A program made the position numbers and the translations under genes. From NCBI GenBank assembly GCA_016190755.1, contig JACPPY010000047.1, positions 13,752 to 77,751 on the forward strand: a stretch of 64,000 bases of DNA, in the 5' to 3' direction. Below the pieces are notes generated by a model. The model did not search any database. It saw only the letters and a list, made by a program, of their open reading frames with translations, and was not told the DNA's origin. Origin of the DNA: Chloroflexota bacterium (lineage in GTDB: Bacteria > Chloroflexota > Dehalococcoidia > JACPPY01). The number at the start of each line of letters is the position of its first letter. The stretch's first letter is position 1. Of this stretch, positions 1 through 9,212 are shown in pieces.

Positions 1-430
1 CCTCTTTTACGCGGTCACGGATCGTCTTGCCTTCCCAGTAGTCGAGGTCATCCAGAATACCTTGCCTGACTTCTTCATTTACTACCGCATGTCTCCCTGG
101 CGAGATGACAGCTACCTTAGCTTGTTGAATTCTGGAACGGTTCGTTTCAGCTCTATCAAAATCCACGACAGGACATACTCCGCGTATGTGCTCTGTCTGG
201 CTACCAACTATTAGCTCGCCCTCCCGTATGCAAATAGGGATACCCTCAAGGATCTTTTTGAATGCTTTGGCTCTCCTTATCTCAAGAGGCTGCCCTTCCG
301 TCTCACGCCAGGATTGCGTCACCAACCTGCTTCTGTATCCAGAAAGGTGCACTTCGGCTGACAGGTATTCCTCTTTGCGCTTCTTAACCCTATCTGTCAG
401 GACATTGATCTGTTCATCTAGTTTCAGCAT
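1..430 (-). CDS. Glycyl radical enzyme (pyruvate formate-lyase (PFL)/benzylsuccinate-synthase superfamily), N-terminal 143 aa; gene continues beyond window start
   Basis: Reverse-strand translation from ATG at 430 gives MLKLDEQINVLTDRVKKRKEEYLSAEVHLSGYRSRLVTQSWRETEGQPLEIRRAKAFKKILEGIPICIREGELIVGSQ...DYWEGKTIRDRVKE. The SW/YKETEGxP...RRAKA...LExxPIxIxxxELIVG pattern and the YW(K/E)GKT motif are typical of GRE N-termini. A GAGGGGG RBS lies 7 nt upstream. Not in the ORF track because it runs off the window edge. Confidence 0.6.
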   Translation of the reverse strand, partial: MLKLDEQINVLTDRVKKRKEEYLSAEVHLSGYRSRLVTQSWRETEGQPLEIRRAKAFKKILEGIPICIREGELIVGSQTEHIRGVCPVVDFDRAETNRSRIQQAKVAVISPGRHAVVNEEVRQGILDDLDYWEGKTIRDRVKE

Positions 431-648
431 TTAATATCCCCCTCATCAAGGTCTACTGTCGGGTCGTTCGCCTCAAATGTCGACTGCCTTGATCACCGAT
501 TCTGAAGCAGTTGTATCTTAACGTAACCGGCTTCCAATTCGAATCTAGAGCAACAATCAGGCAATATAAATAATACATCTTATGGATGTGGAAATCAATA
601 TGCGCGTTCTTCCAGTGCAAGATGAGTTGAACGAAATGGTGGTTTCTT

Positions 649-2370
649 CTAGAACGCCATCTGTCCCATTCTGCTCTTCCCTCCGAGTAGGGTCAGAACA
701 GATATCGCGGCGATCATGATAATGGCCAGGGCCGACAGTTGCCCGAGCGTGCCTTCATACCACAATTGATATATCTGCACGGCAATGACCCTGCTTTCCG
801 GAGACCCCAGGATAGCAGCAATGGAGAAGACTTTGACCGAGATGACAAAGATGTAGAGAAACCCTCCGATCAGCGCGGGCCGCATGATGGGCATGATGAT
901 ATGCACAAAGATCGTCCGCAGTCTGGCGCCGGATACCATACCGGCTTCCTGTAGCTCCCGGTGTACCTGCATCAGACCGGCGTTGGTAAAACGGGTGCCG
1001 TAGGGCAGAGACCGCACAACATAGGCGATCACCAGTATCCAAAGGGTGCCGTAAATTGGGTTGCGGAAGCTTAGGAACAAAATCATGAAGGCGATGCCCA
1101 TGGCCAGCGATGGAATAGCGTACGGGATGAAAGAAAGGCTATCGATAATGGAAGATCCCCTGATCTTCTTGTGGAGAATCACCCAGGAAAGCAGGAGTGC
1201 GAGCAGCATCACGGCTACACTTACTATGGTTGACAGTATGGTTGTATTCTTTACCATGCCCATGAAGTCAGGTCTAAAAATCGTTGCACCATAGTTCATG
1301 AACGTTAGTTTAGACAGCGCATCCAATGACGGGATTTCATAATTCTTAAGCAACGACGCCCAGATAAGTATGAACAACGGAAGTGCGATCGTACTTACCA
1401 ATATAAAGACCTGGAACACGATCGCGAAGGGTTTCATGTTTCCCAGTTTGATGGTTTTCGGTCGGTAGCCTTTGCCTGTCACCACGGTGAATCTTTCAGC
1501 TTGCTTGACGATCCTCTGATAAAAGATGAGCCCAAGGACAGTGAGGACGATAAGGGTCATGCTGAAAGCGAAGGCAAGACCGTAGTCCGGGGGCCAGGAC
1601 TGATGGACCGACACCAGAATGCTTGCGCTGAATATTCTGATGTTTCCCCCCAATCCCAATACCAGAGGAACTTCAAGCGCTTCAAGTGCGCGCACGAATT
1701 GCAGCAAGGCGATGCCGGCGATGGCTGGCAAAAGAAGTTTCGATGTGACGCACCTGGCCGAGGTAAACCACGAGGCCCCGCAGGTTGTCGCGGCTTCTTC
1801 AAGAGATGGGTCCATGCGTTTCAGGACTGCCCCCAGCATAATAAAAGTCAGGGGCGCGAGGATAATACCCTCAACCCAGAGCATCACCAGCATGCTGTAG
1901 GCGCTGAGCAAAGGCCGCTCGAACCCCATTGCAAACCAGACCTTGTTGATAAGCCCAATCTTGGGGCTCAAAAGCAAAGCCCATGCCACCGCCTGGAGCA
2001 TGCCGGGAATCACCAGAGGTATAAACATGATCGGGTACATAAAGCCGCGAAAGGGGGCATCGGTCCGCTCGGTGAGGAATGCCGCGATTCCACCAATCAG
2101 GAAAGATACCATGGTGGAGCCCAGGGCAAAGATCAGGCTGTCCCATAGAATCTTCCAGGTCCTGGCGCTCAAGTAAGCCGTAGCATAGTTCTTGAAGGTT
2201 AGCCGGCTGAAATCGAAGCCTAACTGCCCGATGCTGACGTCTCTAAAGCTGTTCAGCACCAGCATGAACAGGGGCACGACTACGGCGAAGAAAAGCGGGA
2301 CTGCGATGATAACGAACAGGAAATTGTCTCGATAATAGCGCTTCAGTTTTCTGAAGGGGCTCGACTGCAT
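649..2370 (-). CDS. ABC transporter permease, fused two-domain (FbpB/ThiP-like, 12 TM)
   Basis: 573 aa, highly hydrophobic. Two repeated halves each carry an EAA-like permease loop (EAATTCGASWF... and EAGMVSGARLRT), typical of iron(III)/thiamine-type two-domain permeases. Confidence 0.8.
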   Translation of the reverse strand: MQSSPFRKLKRYYRDNFLFVIIAVPLFFAVVVPLFMLVLNSFRDVSIGQLGFDFSRLTFKNYATAYLSARTWKILWDSLIFALGSTMVSFLIGGIAAFLTERTDAPFRGFMYPIMFIPLVIPGMLQAVAWALLLSPKIGLINKVWFAMGFERPLLSAYSMLVMLWVEGIILAPLTFIMLGAVLKRMDPSLEEAATTCGASWFTSARCVTSKLLLPAIAGIALLQFVRALEALEVPLVLGLGGNIRIFSASILVSVHQSWPPDYGLAFAFSMTLIVLTVLGLIFYQRIVKQAERFTVVTGKGYRPKTIKLGNMKPFAIVFQVFILVSTIALPLFILIWASLLKNYEIPSLDALSKLTFMNYGATIFRPDFMGMVKNTTILSTIVSVAVMLLALLLSWVILHKKIRGSSIIDSLSFIPYAIPSLAMGIAFMILFLSFRNPIYGTLWILVIAYVVRSLPYGTRFTNAGLMQVHRELQEAGMVSGARLRTIFVHIIMPIMRPALIGGFLYIFVISVKVFSIAAILGSPESRVIAVQIYQLWYEGTLGQLSALAIIMIAAISVLTLLGGKSRMGQMAF

Positions 2371-2437
2371 GCTATCGGCTCCTGACGCCAGTCTATTCTT
2401 GAATTTGAATGTTTTCCCTTGGCTAATCAGTGGATTT

Positions 2438-4114
2438 CTAAAGGGCTTCAGCCTCGGAGATCAGCCCTTTGTTGATCATGCGGGAACGGGTCAAGCGCGG
2501 CAGCGCCAGCCTGTTCACAGGGACATCGATGACAGTGGGGCCTCTCCGCCGCAATGCCTGGCGCACTGTTGCCTGGAATTCGTCGGGTGAGGCCACCCGG
2601 TGACCTGCAATATGAAAGGCCTCGGCTATCTTCAAGAAATCAGGGTTGTTGAGGTCAGTGCCGATAAACCTTCCTTTATAGCCATACTTCTGGTATTTCC
2701 AGAGTACCCCGTAGACGCCGTCGTTCATGACAATAACTGGTATGGAGAGGTTATGGTCCGCTGCCGTTGCCAACTCGCTCATCTGCATCATGAAAGAGCC
2801 GTCGCCGACGATGCACACAACCTCAGAATCCGGAGCGGCGAGTTTGACCCCGATCGCCGCGGGGAGAGGATAACCCATGGAGCCAAAACCATCGTTTGCC
2901 AGCAGGGTCCGTGGTTTGAGGATAGGAAATTCAGGCTCGTTGATCCACGACACCGCCGACGTGGAATCGCAGATAACGACCGTCTCCGGGGAGAGGCATT
3001 CACGCAGTTTCTTCACCATCCACAGCGGATGCAGGGGATAGACCGGCTTTTGTGCCATGAAACGCGCGGTATCCTGCTCGCGTTTTTTCTTAAATTTTTC
3101 CAGCTCCGCAAGCGTGGGCCCATTGCCTTTTTTTTGCCCTACCATGCCGATCAGCTTGCGCAACACGTATTTCGCATCGGCGACGATAGCCAATTTCGGC
3201 TTGTACACCAGCCCCATGGTGCTACGGCTGATATTAACCTCGATGAGTTGGTCGGGAAACCTGACCTTCCACTCCAGGTTACCGAACGCCGAGAACCTGG
3301 TCCCCAGGGCCAGACAGGCATCAGCATGGGCCAGCACATCTGTCGAGCCTTCCAGGAAAAAAGTGCCGCAGCAAAGCGGGTGGGTTTCTGAGATACAACC
3401 CCGGTTGGACCTTGAGGTAAAGACCGGAGCCGATAGTTTCTCCGCCAGTTCCTGTAGCTCCGTGGAAGCCCCGGCCATGGTTACGCCACCTCCGGCGAAA
3501 AGGGCCGGAGCCTCGGCGCGCTCCAGCATTGCCGCCGCCTGCTCCAGTTCGGCATCCAGGCCGGGACCGGGTACCCATTTTCTTGGTTCCGGAGCAATAA
3601 TCTCAGCCTCGCCTTTTGCAGTGAACATGTTAAGCGGGAAAAGAACCATCACCGGCCCGTTGCGCCCTTCCGTCGCTACCTGAAAAGCCCGGTTAATACA
3701 GGCCGGGATCTGTGCAACCTCACGGATAGTAATCACTTCTTTGGTTATTGGCCGGTAGATGGCCTCCAGATCGCAGGCGTGGCCGGCGGGAAGTTTGGGG
3801 TTGGCGACCTGGGCAGATATCACGACCATGGGCACCGAGTCTTCATTGCTGGAGGTTACACTGGTGACCATATTGGTTGAGCCAGGACCTTGTATGCTGA
3901 AGCAGACTGCCGGCCTACCGGTGATCTTGGCGTATGCACCGCAGGCAAAAGGAGAAGTCTCTTCATGGCGCACTGTGATGACCTGGATGGCCGGCTCGTC
4001 AAAGAGCACATCTAGCAGCGCCAAAGTACCCGTGCCATGGATTCCAACTAAATACTTGACGCCATTGGCTTTGAGTGCTTCGACAAGGAGCTTCGACCCC
4101 GACATCTGTTCCAT
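2438..4114 (-). CDS. Thiamine-diphosphate enzyme of the acetolactate-synthase/benzoylformate-decarboxylase family (2-oxoacid decarboxylase/carboligase-like)
   Basis: N-terminus LLVEALKANGVKYLVGIHGTG is the TPP-enzyme Pyr domain, and the GDGSFMMQMSELATA...N motif is the TPP-binding motif. Start taken as the second ATG (MEQMSG), which has GAGGAG 4 nt upstream. The ORF-track start at 4126 is also possible. Confidence 0.8.
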   Translation of the reverse strand: MEQMSGSKLLVEALKANGVKYLVGIHGTGTLALLDVLFDEPAIQVITVRHEETSPFACGAYAKITGRPAVCFSIQGPGSTNMVTSVTSSNEDSVPMVVISAQVANPKLPAGHACDLEAIYRPITKEVITIREVAQIPACINRAFQVATEGRNGPVMVLFPLNMFTAKGEAEIIAPEPRKWVPGPGLDAELEQAAAMLERAEAPALFAGGGVTMAGASTELQELAEKLSAPVFTSRSNRGCISETHPLCCGTFFLEGSTDVLAHADACLALGTRFSAFGNLEWKVRFPDQLIEVNISRSTMGLVYKPKLAIVADAKYVLRKLIGMVGQKKGNGPTLAELEKFKKKREQDTARFMAQKPVYPLHPLWMVKKLRECLSPETVVICDSTSAVSWINEPEFPILKPRTLLANDGFGSMGYPLPAAIGVKLAAPDSEVVCIVGDGSFMMQMSELATAADHNLSIPVIVMNDGVYGVLWKYQKYGYKGRFIGTDLNNPDFLKIAEAFHIAGHRVASPDEFQATVRQALRRRGPTVIDVPVNRLALPRLTRSRMINKGLISEAEAL

Positions 4115-4165
4115 ATTGCTCCTCATATTCTGTTCGTTTGGGTCAGCGTGATCGTAAGACGAGGG

Positions 4166-6031
4166 CTACGGGTTGGCCCACTCAATGCCGAGCTCTTCGA
4201 GTTTTGCCTGGCTGGGCTTACCCGTCTTGGAGTCCCACCCCATCATCTCGTAGTATTTATGTATGGCCTCGGATAGTTTCTCAGGGTCAAAGCCTTTGTT
4301 CTTAACGAGGCCTTCTTCTTTGGATGACATCAACCGGGCAGGGATTTTGTCATCTTCTGCTGAAAGACCTTCGCGGAGATTGAAAAGCCTGTTCAGGTTA
4401 ATACTCCGCTCCCCGACCTTCATAGCCTCAAGCATATCTGTGTTCCAACCCGTGACGGCATTCACTGCTTCTGTTGTCTGCTGGTAGCTCCACGGAAGGA
4501 ACATGCACATGACCAGGGAATCTGTATAAAGCCTCCACTTCTGCACGGCAATGGCGATGGCAGTCTTGCGCGGTCCCACGTCTTCGGTAGGAAGCGGCCC
4601 CGTGACCCCGAAGGCTTTCATCTCGGAGAGTTGCGGGCCTTCCGTCGTGTAAAAGGTGTCGTGCATGCCGATCATATGGTCAGGACCATATCCAGCGGTC
4701 GCGAAATTGATCCCTAGGCCCTTCTTCAGCCTCGGCTCATGCATGGGCACTTCCACGCCCTTGATGTGCACTGCGAATTCCTCCGAACCCCGACCAATTC
4801 TCTTCGATGCGATGGCAACGCCTTCCGCTAACAGATCGCCAACGCCCTTCCGTCTGGCGATCATTTCCGTCAAGGCTAACATGGTGTCGGCATCGCCAAA
4901 CCGGAGGTTAAGACCGCCGCAATCCGCAGAGGTCAACAATCCACGCTCAAAGCATTCCATGGCGAAGCCGATGGTGACGCCAGTAGAAATTGTATCCATG
5001 CCGTAGGCATTGCAAATCTCGTTTGCCTTGCAGATAGCCGCGAGGTTTGTAACTCCGCAGTTGGAACCCAACGCAGCCAGGCTTTCATACTCGGGACCGC
5101 CGTACGCCGGGTCGACTTCATAGGGAGCAACTATCTTCACGACCTTCTTGCACTGCACTGGGCAGGCGTAGCAACCCTCCATATCGATGCGGTACCCGGA
5201 GGATTTCAAGGCCTGGGCGCTGATGCCGACTGCATCTGCTTCCGTCATAGTACCGCCGCGGAAGTTGTTGATGGGAAGATTCCCGGACTGGAATCCTTTG
5301 TCCATGATGCCGCCGGTGCCCAGTTCATGCATGCCGCGGACCAGACGGAGGTAGTTATCCGCCATCCATTTGCTAAGCTGCTTCACCTTTCCCATATCAG
5401 CTACCGGGGGAGTGGTGCGCCCGCGTACGGCGATCGCCTTGAGGTTTTTCGAACCCATAACCGCACCGAGGCCGGTGCGTCCGGCAACATCTCTGAGGTC
5501 GTTTACAATACATGCGAGACGGACTAGCTTTTCCCCCGCCGGGCCGATTTGGGCGACTCGCACATATTCATCACCCACCTCCGAACGGATGGCCTCCTGA
5601 CTTTCCTTGGCTGCTAGACCCCACAGTCGGCTCCCATCCCTAACTTCGGCAACCCCGTCATGCAGGTACAGGTAAACCGGACTGGACGCCTTGCCCTCAA
5701 CGATAACGGCGTCAAACCCGGCGCGCCTGAGCTCGGCGCCCCAAAAACCTCCGGATTCCGCCTTGGAAATGGTACCGGACAAAGGTGATTTCGCGCCAAC
5801 AGAGTACCGGCCGCCGGGCAGCGGGATACCGGTAAGAGGCCCTGCCGCAAACACGAGCTTGTTCTCCGGACCAAGGGGGGAAACCCCGGGCTTAAGCTCT
5901 TTGAAAAGGTAGTAGGAAATGAGCCCTGTCCCTCCGACGAAAGCCCGGTAGAAGGGCTCGACAGGGTGGTCGACGGTTGTGGTCCTGTTTGAAAGGTCAA
6001 CCCGGAGGATATTGCCAGTGTATCCGTACAT
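4166..6031 (-). CDS. aor: Aldehyde:ferredoxin oxidoreductase (tungsten/molybdopterin AOR family)
   Basis: MYGYTGNILRVDLS... is the AOR N-terminus, and Cys-containing motifs (EGCYACPVQC) mark the AOR cofactor domains. Start trimmed to the ATG at 6031, which has a GGGGAGGA RBS. The ORF-track start at 6097 adds an unlikely 22-aa extension. Confidence 0.85.
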   Translation of the reverse strand: MYGYTGNILRVDLSNRTTTVDHPVEPFYRAFVGGTGLISYYLFKELKPGVSPLGPENKLVFAAGPLTGIPLPGGRYSVGAKSPLSGTISKAESGGFWGAELRRAGFDAVIVEGKASSPVYLYLHDGVAEVRDGSRLWGLAAKESQEAIRSEVGDEYVRVAQIGPAGEKLVRLACIVNDLRDVAGRTGLGAVMGSKNLKAIAVRGRTTPPVADMGKVKQLSKWMADNYLRLVRGMHELGTGGIMDKGFQSGNLPINNFRGGTMTEADAVGISAQALKSSGYRIDMEGCYACPVQCKKVVKIVAPYEVDPAYGGPEYESLAALGSNCGVTNLAAICKANEICNAYGMDTISTGVTIGFAMECFERGLLTSADCGGLNLRFGDADTMLALTEMIARRKGVGDLLAEGVAIASKRIGRGSEEFAVHIKGVEVPMHEPRLKKGLGINFATAGYGPDHMIGMHDTFYTTEGPQLSEMKAFGVTGPLPTEDVGPRKTAIAIAVQKWRLYTDSLVMCMFLPWSYQQTTEAVNAVTGWNTDMLEAMKVGERSINLNRLFNLREGLSAEDDKIPARLMSSKEEGLVKNKGFDPEKLSEAIHKYYEMMGWDSKTGKPSQAKLEELGIEWANP

Positions 6032-6157
6032 TTGCGGGTCCTCCCCGAGCAAATTCATTTGCAAGTAAAGGAGGCAGTACCATTTAACTACCTCCACATT
6101 GCCTGAAGCACAGCCGTTGGCTGTGCTTCAGGGTGCTTTCGTGTAAAGAGCCGGCGG

Positions 6158-7375
6158 CTACTTTACGCCCAGGGACGCGCGCCAGAAATCACCGGCTTTC
6201 TTCATGTTCTCATCCGTGAGCAAATCCAATGGTATCATCTTTATGGTTGCGCCGGCATCGCGGACTGCTTTGTTAGGCATCGAATCCCCAGCGTCCGGGC
6301 TAAATGACGGGCCGGCGTTGGCATTTGCCCAGGCAATGGAGCCTTCCTTGGAGGTCAGGTAATCTGCCAGCAGCTTAGCCGCGTTCGGGTGTGGCGCGTT
6401 CTTCATCAGCGTAAAGGCGTAGGTCCTGGCAGGATAGTCCACCTTTGCCATGGCTATCGGTTGCCCGTTCGCGATGGCACGGAGAGTAATTGCCCCGGAG
6501 TTCGCCAGGAACAGGCTGTACTCACCCGTAGCAAGCATATTGGTCGGTGCAGTGTAGGCCGTTGCGGCGGTAGGTTGAGTATTATCGAAGACCTTCTTCC
6601 AGTAGGCGAAAGATTTGTCCCAGTCCAGCTTTCCACCAGTACCCCACAGGGCTGCGGTTAACAGGGGCATGTCATAGCTGGTGATGCTGGCAACCGCCTT
6701 GCCCTTCCACTTGGGATTCTGAAGGTCATCCCAGGAGGTTGGGATATCCTTGCCAGTGACCAGCTTGGTGTTGTAGACAGGGGCAAAGAAGATGGCAGAG
6801 GTACGAACATACAGGCCGCCGGTACCATCCTTCGTTTCCTTGGGCCAGTTAGCCGTGTTGGGCCAATCATATTTATCCAACAGGTTAGCATCGCCGAGGG
6901 GTTTGATAGTCCCCTCGCCCATAAGGACGATATCAACGCTATATCTGCCCGCCTTAGCTTCCGTCAGTGCTTTCTCTGTCAACACGGCAGGTTCAGCGTT
7001 CCAGGTCTCAACCTTAATATCTGGATACTTTTTATAAAAGCCCCCCAGGAATTGATCAGCTACATTGGCTGCGGGCGACCACAGTACAACTTTAGCTTCC
7101 TTTTTGGCAGCGGCTTCGAGCTGTTCCTGTCTATTCTGTGTCGTCGTAGTGGCACTGGGTTTAGCTGTCGTAGTAGCACTGGGTTTAGCTGAAGAGGTGG
7201 TTGTAGAGGAGGCCACTGGCGAAGAGGAACTCGGTTTGGCCGAAGAGACGGTAGATGACGATGTGGAAGTCGTGGGCCCTGATGATTTACAGCCCACAAA
7301 AAGCCCGGCCAACACAACTATCAAGACTGCTGAAATCGCTGTGGCTCTGACTATCGATCCCTTTTTCACTGGCAT
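6158..7375 (-). CDS. ABC transporter substrate-binding lipoprotein (family-1 SBP, iron/thiamine/polyamine type) with S/T/P-rich linker
   Basis: Signal peptide plus lipobox (LAGLFVGC), a long Ser/Thr/Ala/Pro low-complexity linker, then an SBP_bac_1-like domain. Partner of the permease at 649..2370. Confidence 0.8.
   Translation of the reverse strand: MPVKKGSIVRATAISAVLIVVLAGLFVGCKSSGPTTSTSSSTVSSAKPSSSSPVASSTTTSSAKPSATTTAKPSATTTTQNRQEQLEAAAKKEAKVVLWSPAANVADQFLGGFYKKYPDIKVETWNAEPAVLTEKALTEAKAGRYSVDIVLMGEGTIKPLGDANLLDKYDWPNTANWPKETKDGTGGLYVRTSAIFFAPVYNTKLVTGKDIPTSWDDLQNPKWKGKAVASITSYDMPLLTAALWGTGGKLDWDKSFAYWKKVFDNTQPTAATAYTAPTNMLATGEYSLFLANSGAITLRAIANGQPIAMAKVDYPARTYAFTLMKNAPHPNAAKLLADYLTSKEGSIAWANANAGPSFSPDAGDSMPNKAVRDAGATIKMIPLDLLTDENMKKAGDFWRASLGVK
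7143..7190. repeat. Tandem 24-bp direct repeat (2 copies, 1 mismatch) encoding SAKPSATTT units in the SBP linker
   Basis: gtcgtagtggcactgggtttagct / gtcgtagtagcactgggtttagct, adjacent copies. Confidence 0.8.
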
Positions 7376-7672
7376 TCTCCCTTTTTGTGATCCTTTTACG
7401 ATATGGACGCACCCTTTAAGCGGTCGCGTTTGGGTCGATTCGGGACTCGGAGTTCAACCTGGGTTTAGTGAAGATGAGACTTGACTCCTGGACCAGGCAA
7501 ATTGGAAAAGAGGGGCAACCTCAACGCACTTGATCTAGTATAACATACTTGTCAACAGGAACTGCTTCGCGCTTCGACAAATGAGTAACATGTAGTCCAC
7601 GGTAGTCCTTCGCAGCTCGTGAGGGCCCGGCTAGTTGTCTTTGCTCATTTATCGAATGGGCTACTTGTGAGC

Positions 7673-7701
7673 TTGACAAGTATGTCATGGCTGAATAATA
7701 T
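7673..7701 (+). promoter_or_regulatory. Sigma70-like promoter TTGACA-17-TAATAT reading toward the dehydratase genes; its -35 box is one arm of a 13-bp inverted repeat
   Basis: TTGACA at 7673-7678, a 17-nt spacer, then TAATAT at 7696-7701. The arm TTGACAAGTATGT at 7673-7685 is the exact reverse complement of ACATACTTGTCAA at 7543-7555. Confidence 0.4.
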
Positions 7702-7877
7702 GGATGCATGCTCTGCTTCGAGACTATCTAATCTCCGATGTTATTTCCACCTGAAAGTTACTGCTTGATAATGCTCATTAGCTGACCGGTCAAATCCGCG
7801 TTTGCCGTACCAGGGTCTTGTTTTAATCCCAACCAATCGCGGAAAAAGAATACTTTTAGCCTTGGAGGACGAGCAAT

Positions 7878-9212
7878 ATGAGTTCATTGGCAGGTCTTCC
7901 CTACCTGGAGTTTGAACTTGCCGCCGCGCAACGACGGGTAAAAAAAATCAAGGAACATCCAGATCCCCTTAAAGCTGCATCGAATCTACTTTACTATGAG
8001 CTTGAGGTAGACTACCGGTCGGAGCAGATAGAATCCCTCAAGAGCGGGAAACCCTTCGGGACCATCTACCCCGGACCTTTTATGAGGGCGCTGGGACTGG
8101 TTCCCTGGGATGCCATCCGCTCAGCGGACAAAAGCTATGGGGACAAGGCTAAAAGGTATTTCGATATGATCAGGGCCGAAGGAATGGCCGAGCATACCTG
8201 CGACCGGACCATAGTGATGGTCCCCATGGTGCTCAGCGGGGATTTCCCCAAACCCAGTTTTATGCTGGCGGGGAATTACACCTGCCAGCCCATCCACCTG
8301 GCCTACCGTCTGATAGCTCATACTCTCAACACACCGACCTACTTCATGGAGCGAAAGTTTAGCGCCTGGTCCGGCTCCGAGAGCGAGCAAGAACTCAAAT
8401 ATGTCGTGGACCAATACCAGGAGATGATCGAGTTCGCCGAAAAGAACGTGCCCGGCTGCAAGTTCAATCCCGATAAGCTTGAGGAGCTTCTCTACTGGGA
8501 CAATGAATACAACAAATACGAACGGCTCCAGTGGAAGCTGAGGGCGACCGTGCCTTGTCCGATGGCAGGGCGTGATGCCTTCAGAGAGCCTATGTACCCC
8601 CACTTTTACGCCAACCCCGCGAAATGCGTCGACTACATGCGGCGGTTTACCGAAGAAATGGAAGAAAAGGCGTCCAAAGGCATCGGCTCGGTCCAGGGAG
8701 AAGAAAGGCTGAGGCTTCTCTGGTCGCCTACGGCTCCCTATTTCGCCGATCCCTTCGGCTGGCTGGCGAAGCGGGGCGTCGCCGTCCCGGCGGTGGAGAT
8801 GGGCACGATGAATCGAAGGCGGCGCGGACACTATTCAGCCTACGGTGAGCTCTGGCACGGAAGAAAACTATCCCCCTTCGAGGAAGCCTTGCGCGGGCTC
8901 GGAGATAGCGCCTGGGGCGGCCTGGGACATGGAACAGTCCAATCACATATCGAAACATGTCGGCAATTGAAGCTAGACGGTATCGTCTACTTCCTGCAAT
9001 GGGGCTGCGAGATAACCAATAACTTCGGCACCCTGATCTCCGAGGTAGCCGAAAAAGAACTCGGCATTCCCACACTTATACTTCAGGGCCGGCAGCTTGA
9101 TGAAAGCACCTTTGAGGAACAGGAGTTTTATCGCCAGCTTGAAGAGTTCGTCGATATCTGCCTGGATGCCAAGAAAAAGAGAGGTTTCAGGAAGCAAGAG
9201 CATGGAAAATAA
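7878..9212 (+). CDS. 2-hydroxyacyl-CoA dehydratase / benzoyl-CoA reductase B/C-family subunit (dehydratase D-component)
   Basis: 444 aa. Family-level resemblance to HgdA/HgdB/BcrB/BcrC. GGAGG RBS upstream of the start. Confidence 0.7.
   Translation: MSSLAGLPYLEFELAAAQRRVKKIKEHPDPLKAASNLLYYELEVDYRSEQIESLKSGKPFGTIYPGPFMRALGLVPWDAIRSADKSYGDKAKRYFDMIRAEGMAEHTCDRTIVMVPMVLSGDFPKPSFMLAGNYTCQPIHLAYRLIAHTLNTPTYFMERKFSAWSGSESEQELKYVVDQYQEMIEFAEKNVPGCKFNPDKLEELLYWDNEYNKYERLQWKLRATVPCPMAGRDAFREPMYPHFYANPAKCVDYMRRFTEEMEEKASKGIGSVQGEERLRLLWSPTAPYFADPFGWLAKRGVAVPAVEMGTMNRRRRGHYSAYGELWHGRKLSPFEEALRGLGDSAWGGLGHGTVQSHIETCRQLKLDGIVYFLQWGCEITNNFGTLISEVAEKELGIPTLILQGRQLDESTFEEQEFYRQLEEFVDICLDAKKKRGFRKQEHGK

Noticed and set aside
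186-434. Plus-strand 82-aa ORF at the window start
   Set aside because: The opposite strand encodes a convincing glycyl-radical-enzyme N-terminus with an RBS; the plus ORF has no motif.
739-2176. Several 60-215 aa ORFs on both strands inside the permease gene
   Set aside because: They overlap a 573-aa transporter ORF with strong hydrophobic periodicity; these are frame artefacts.
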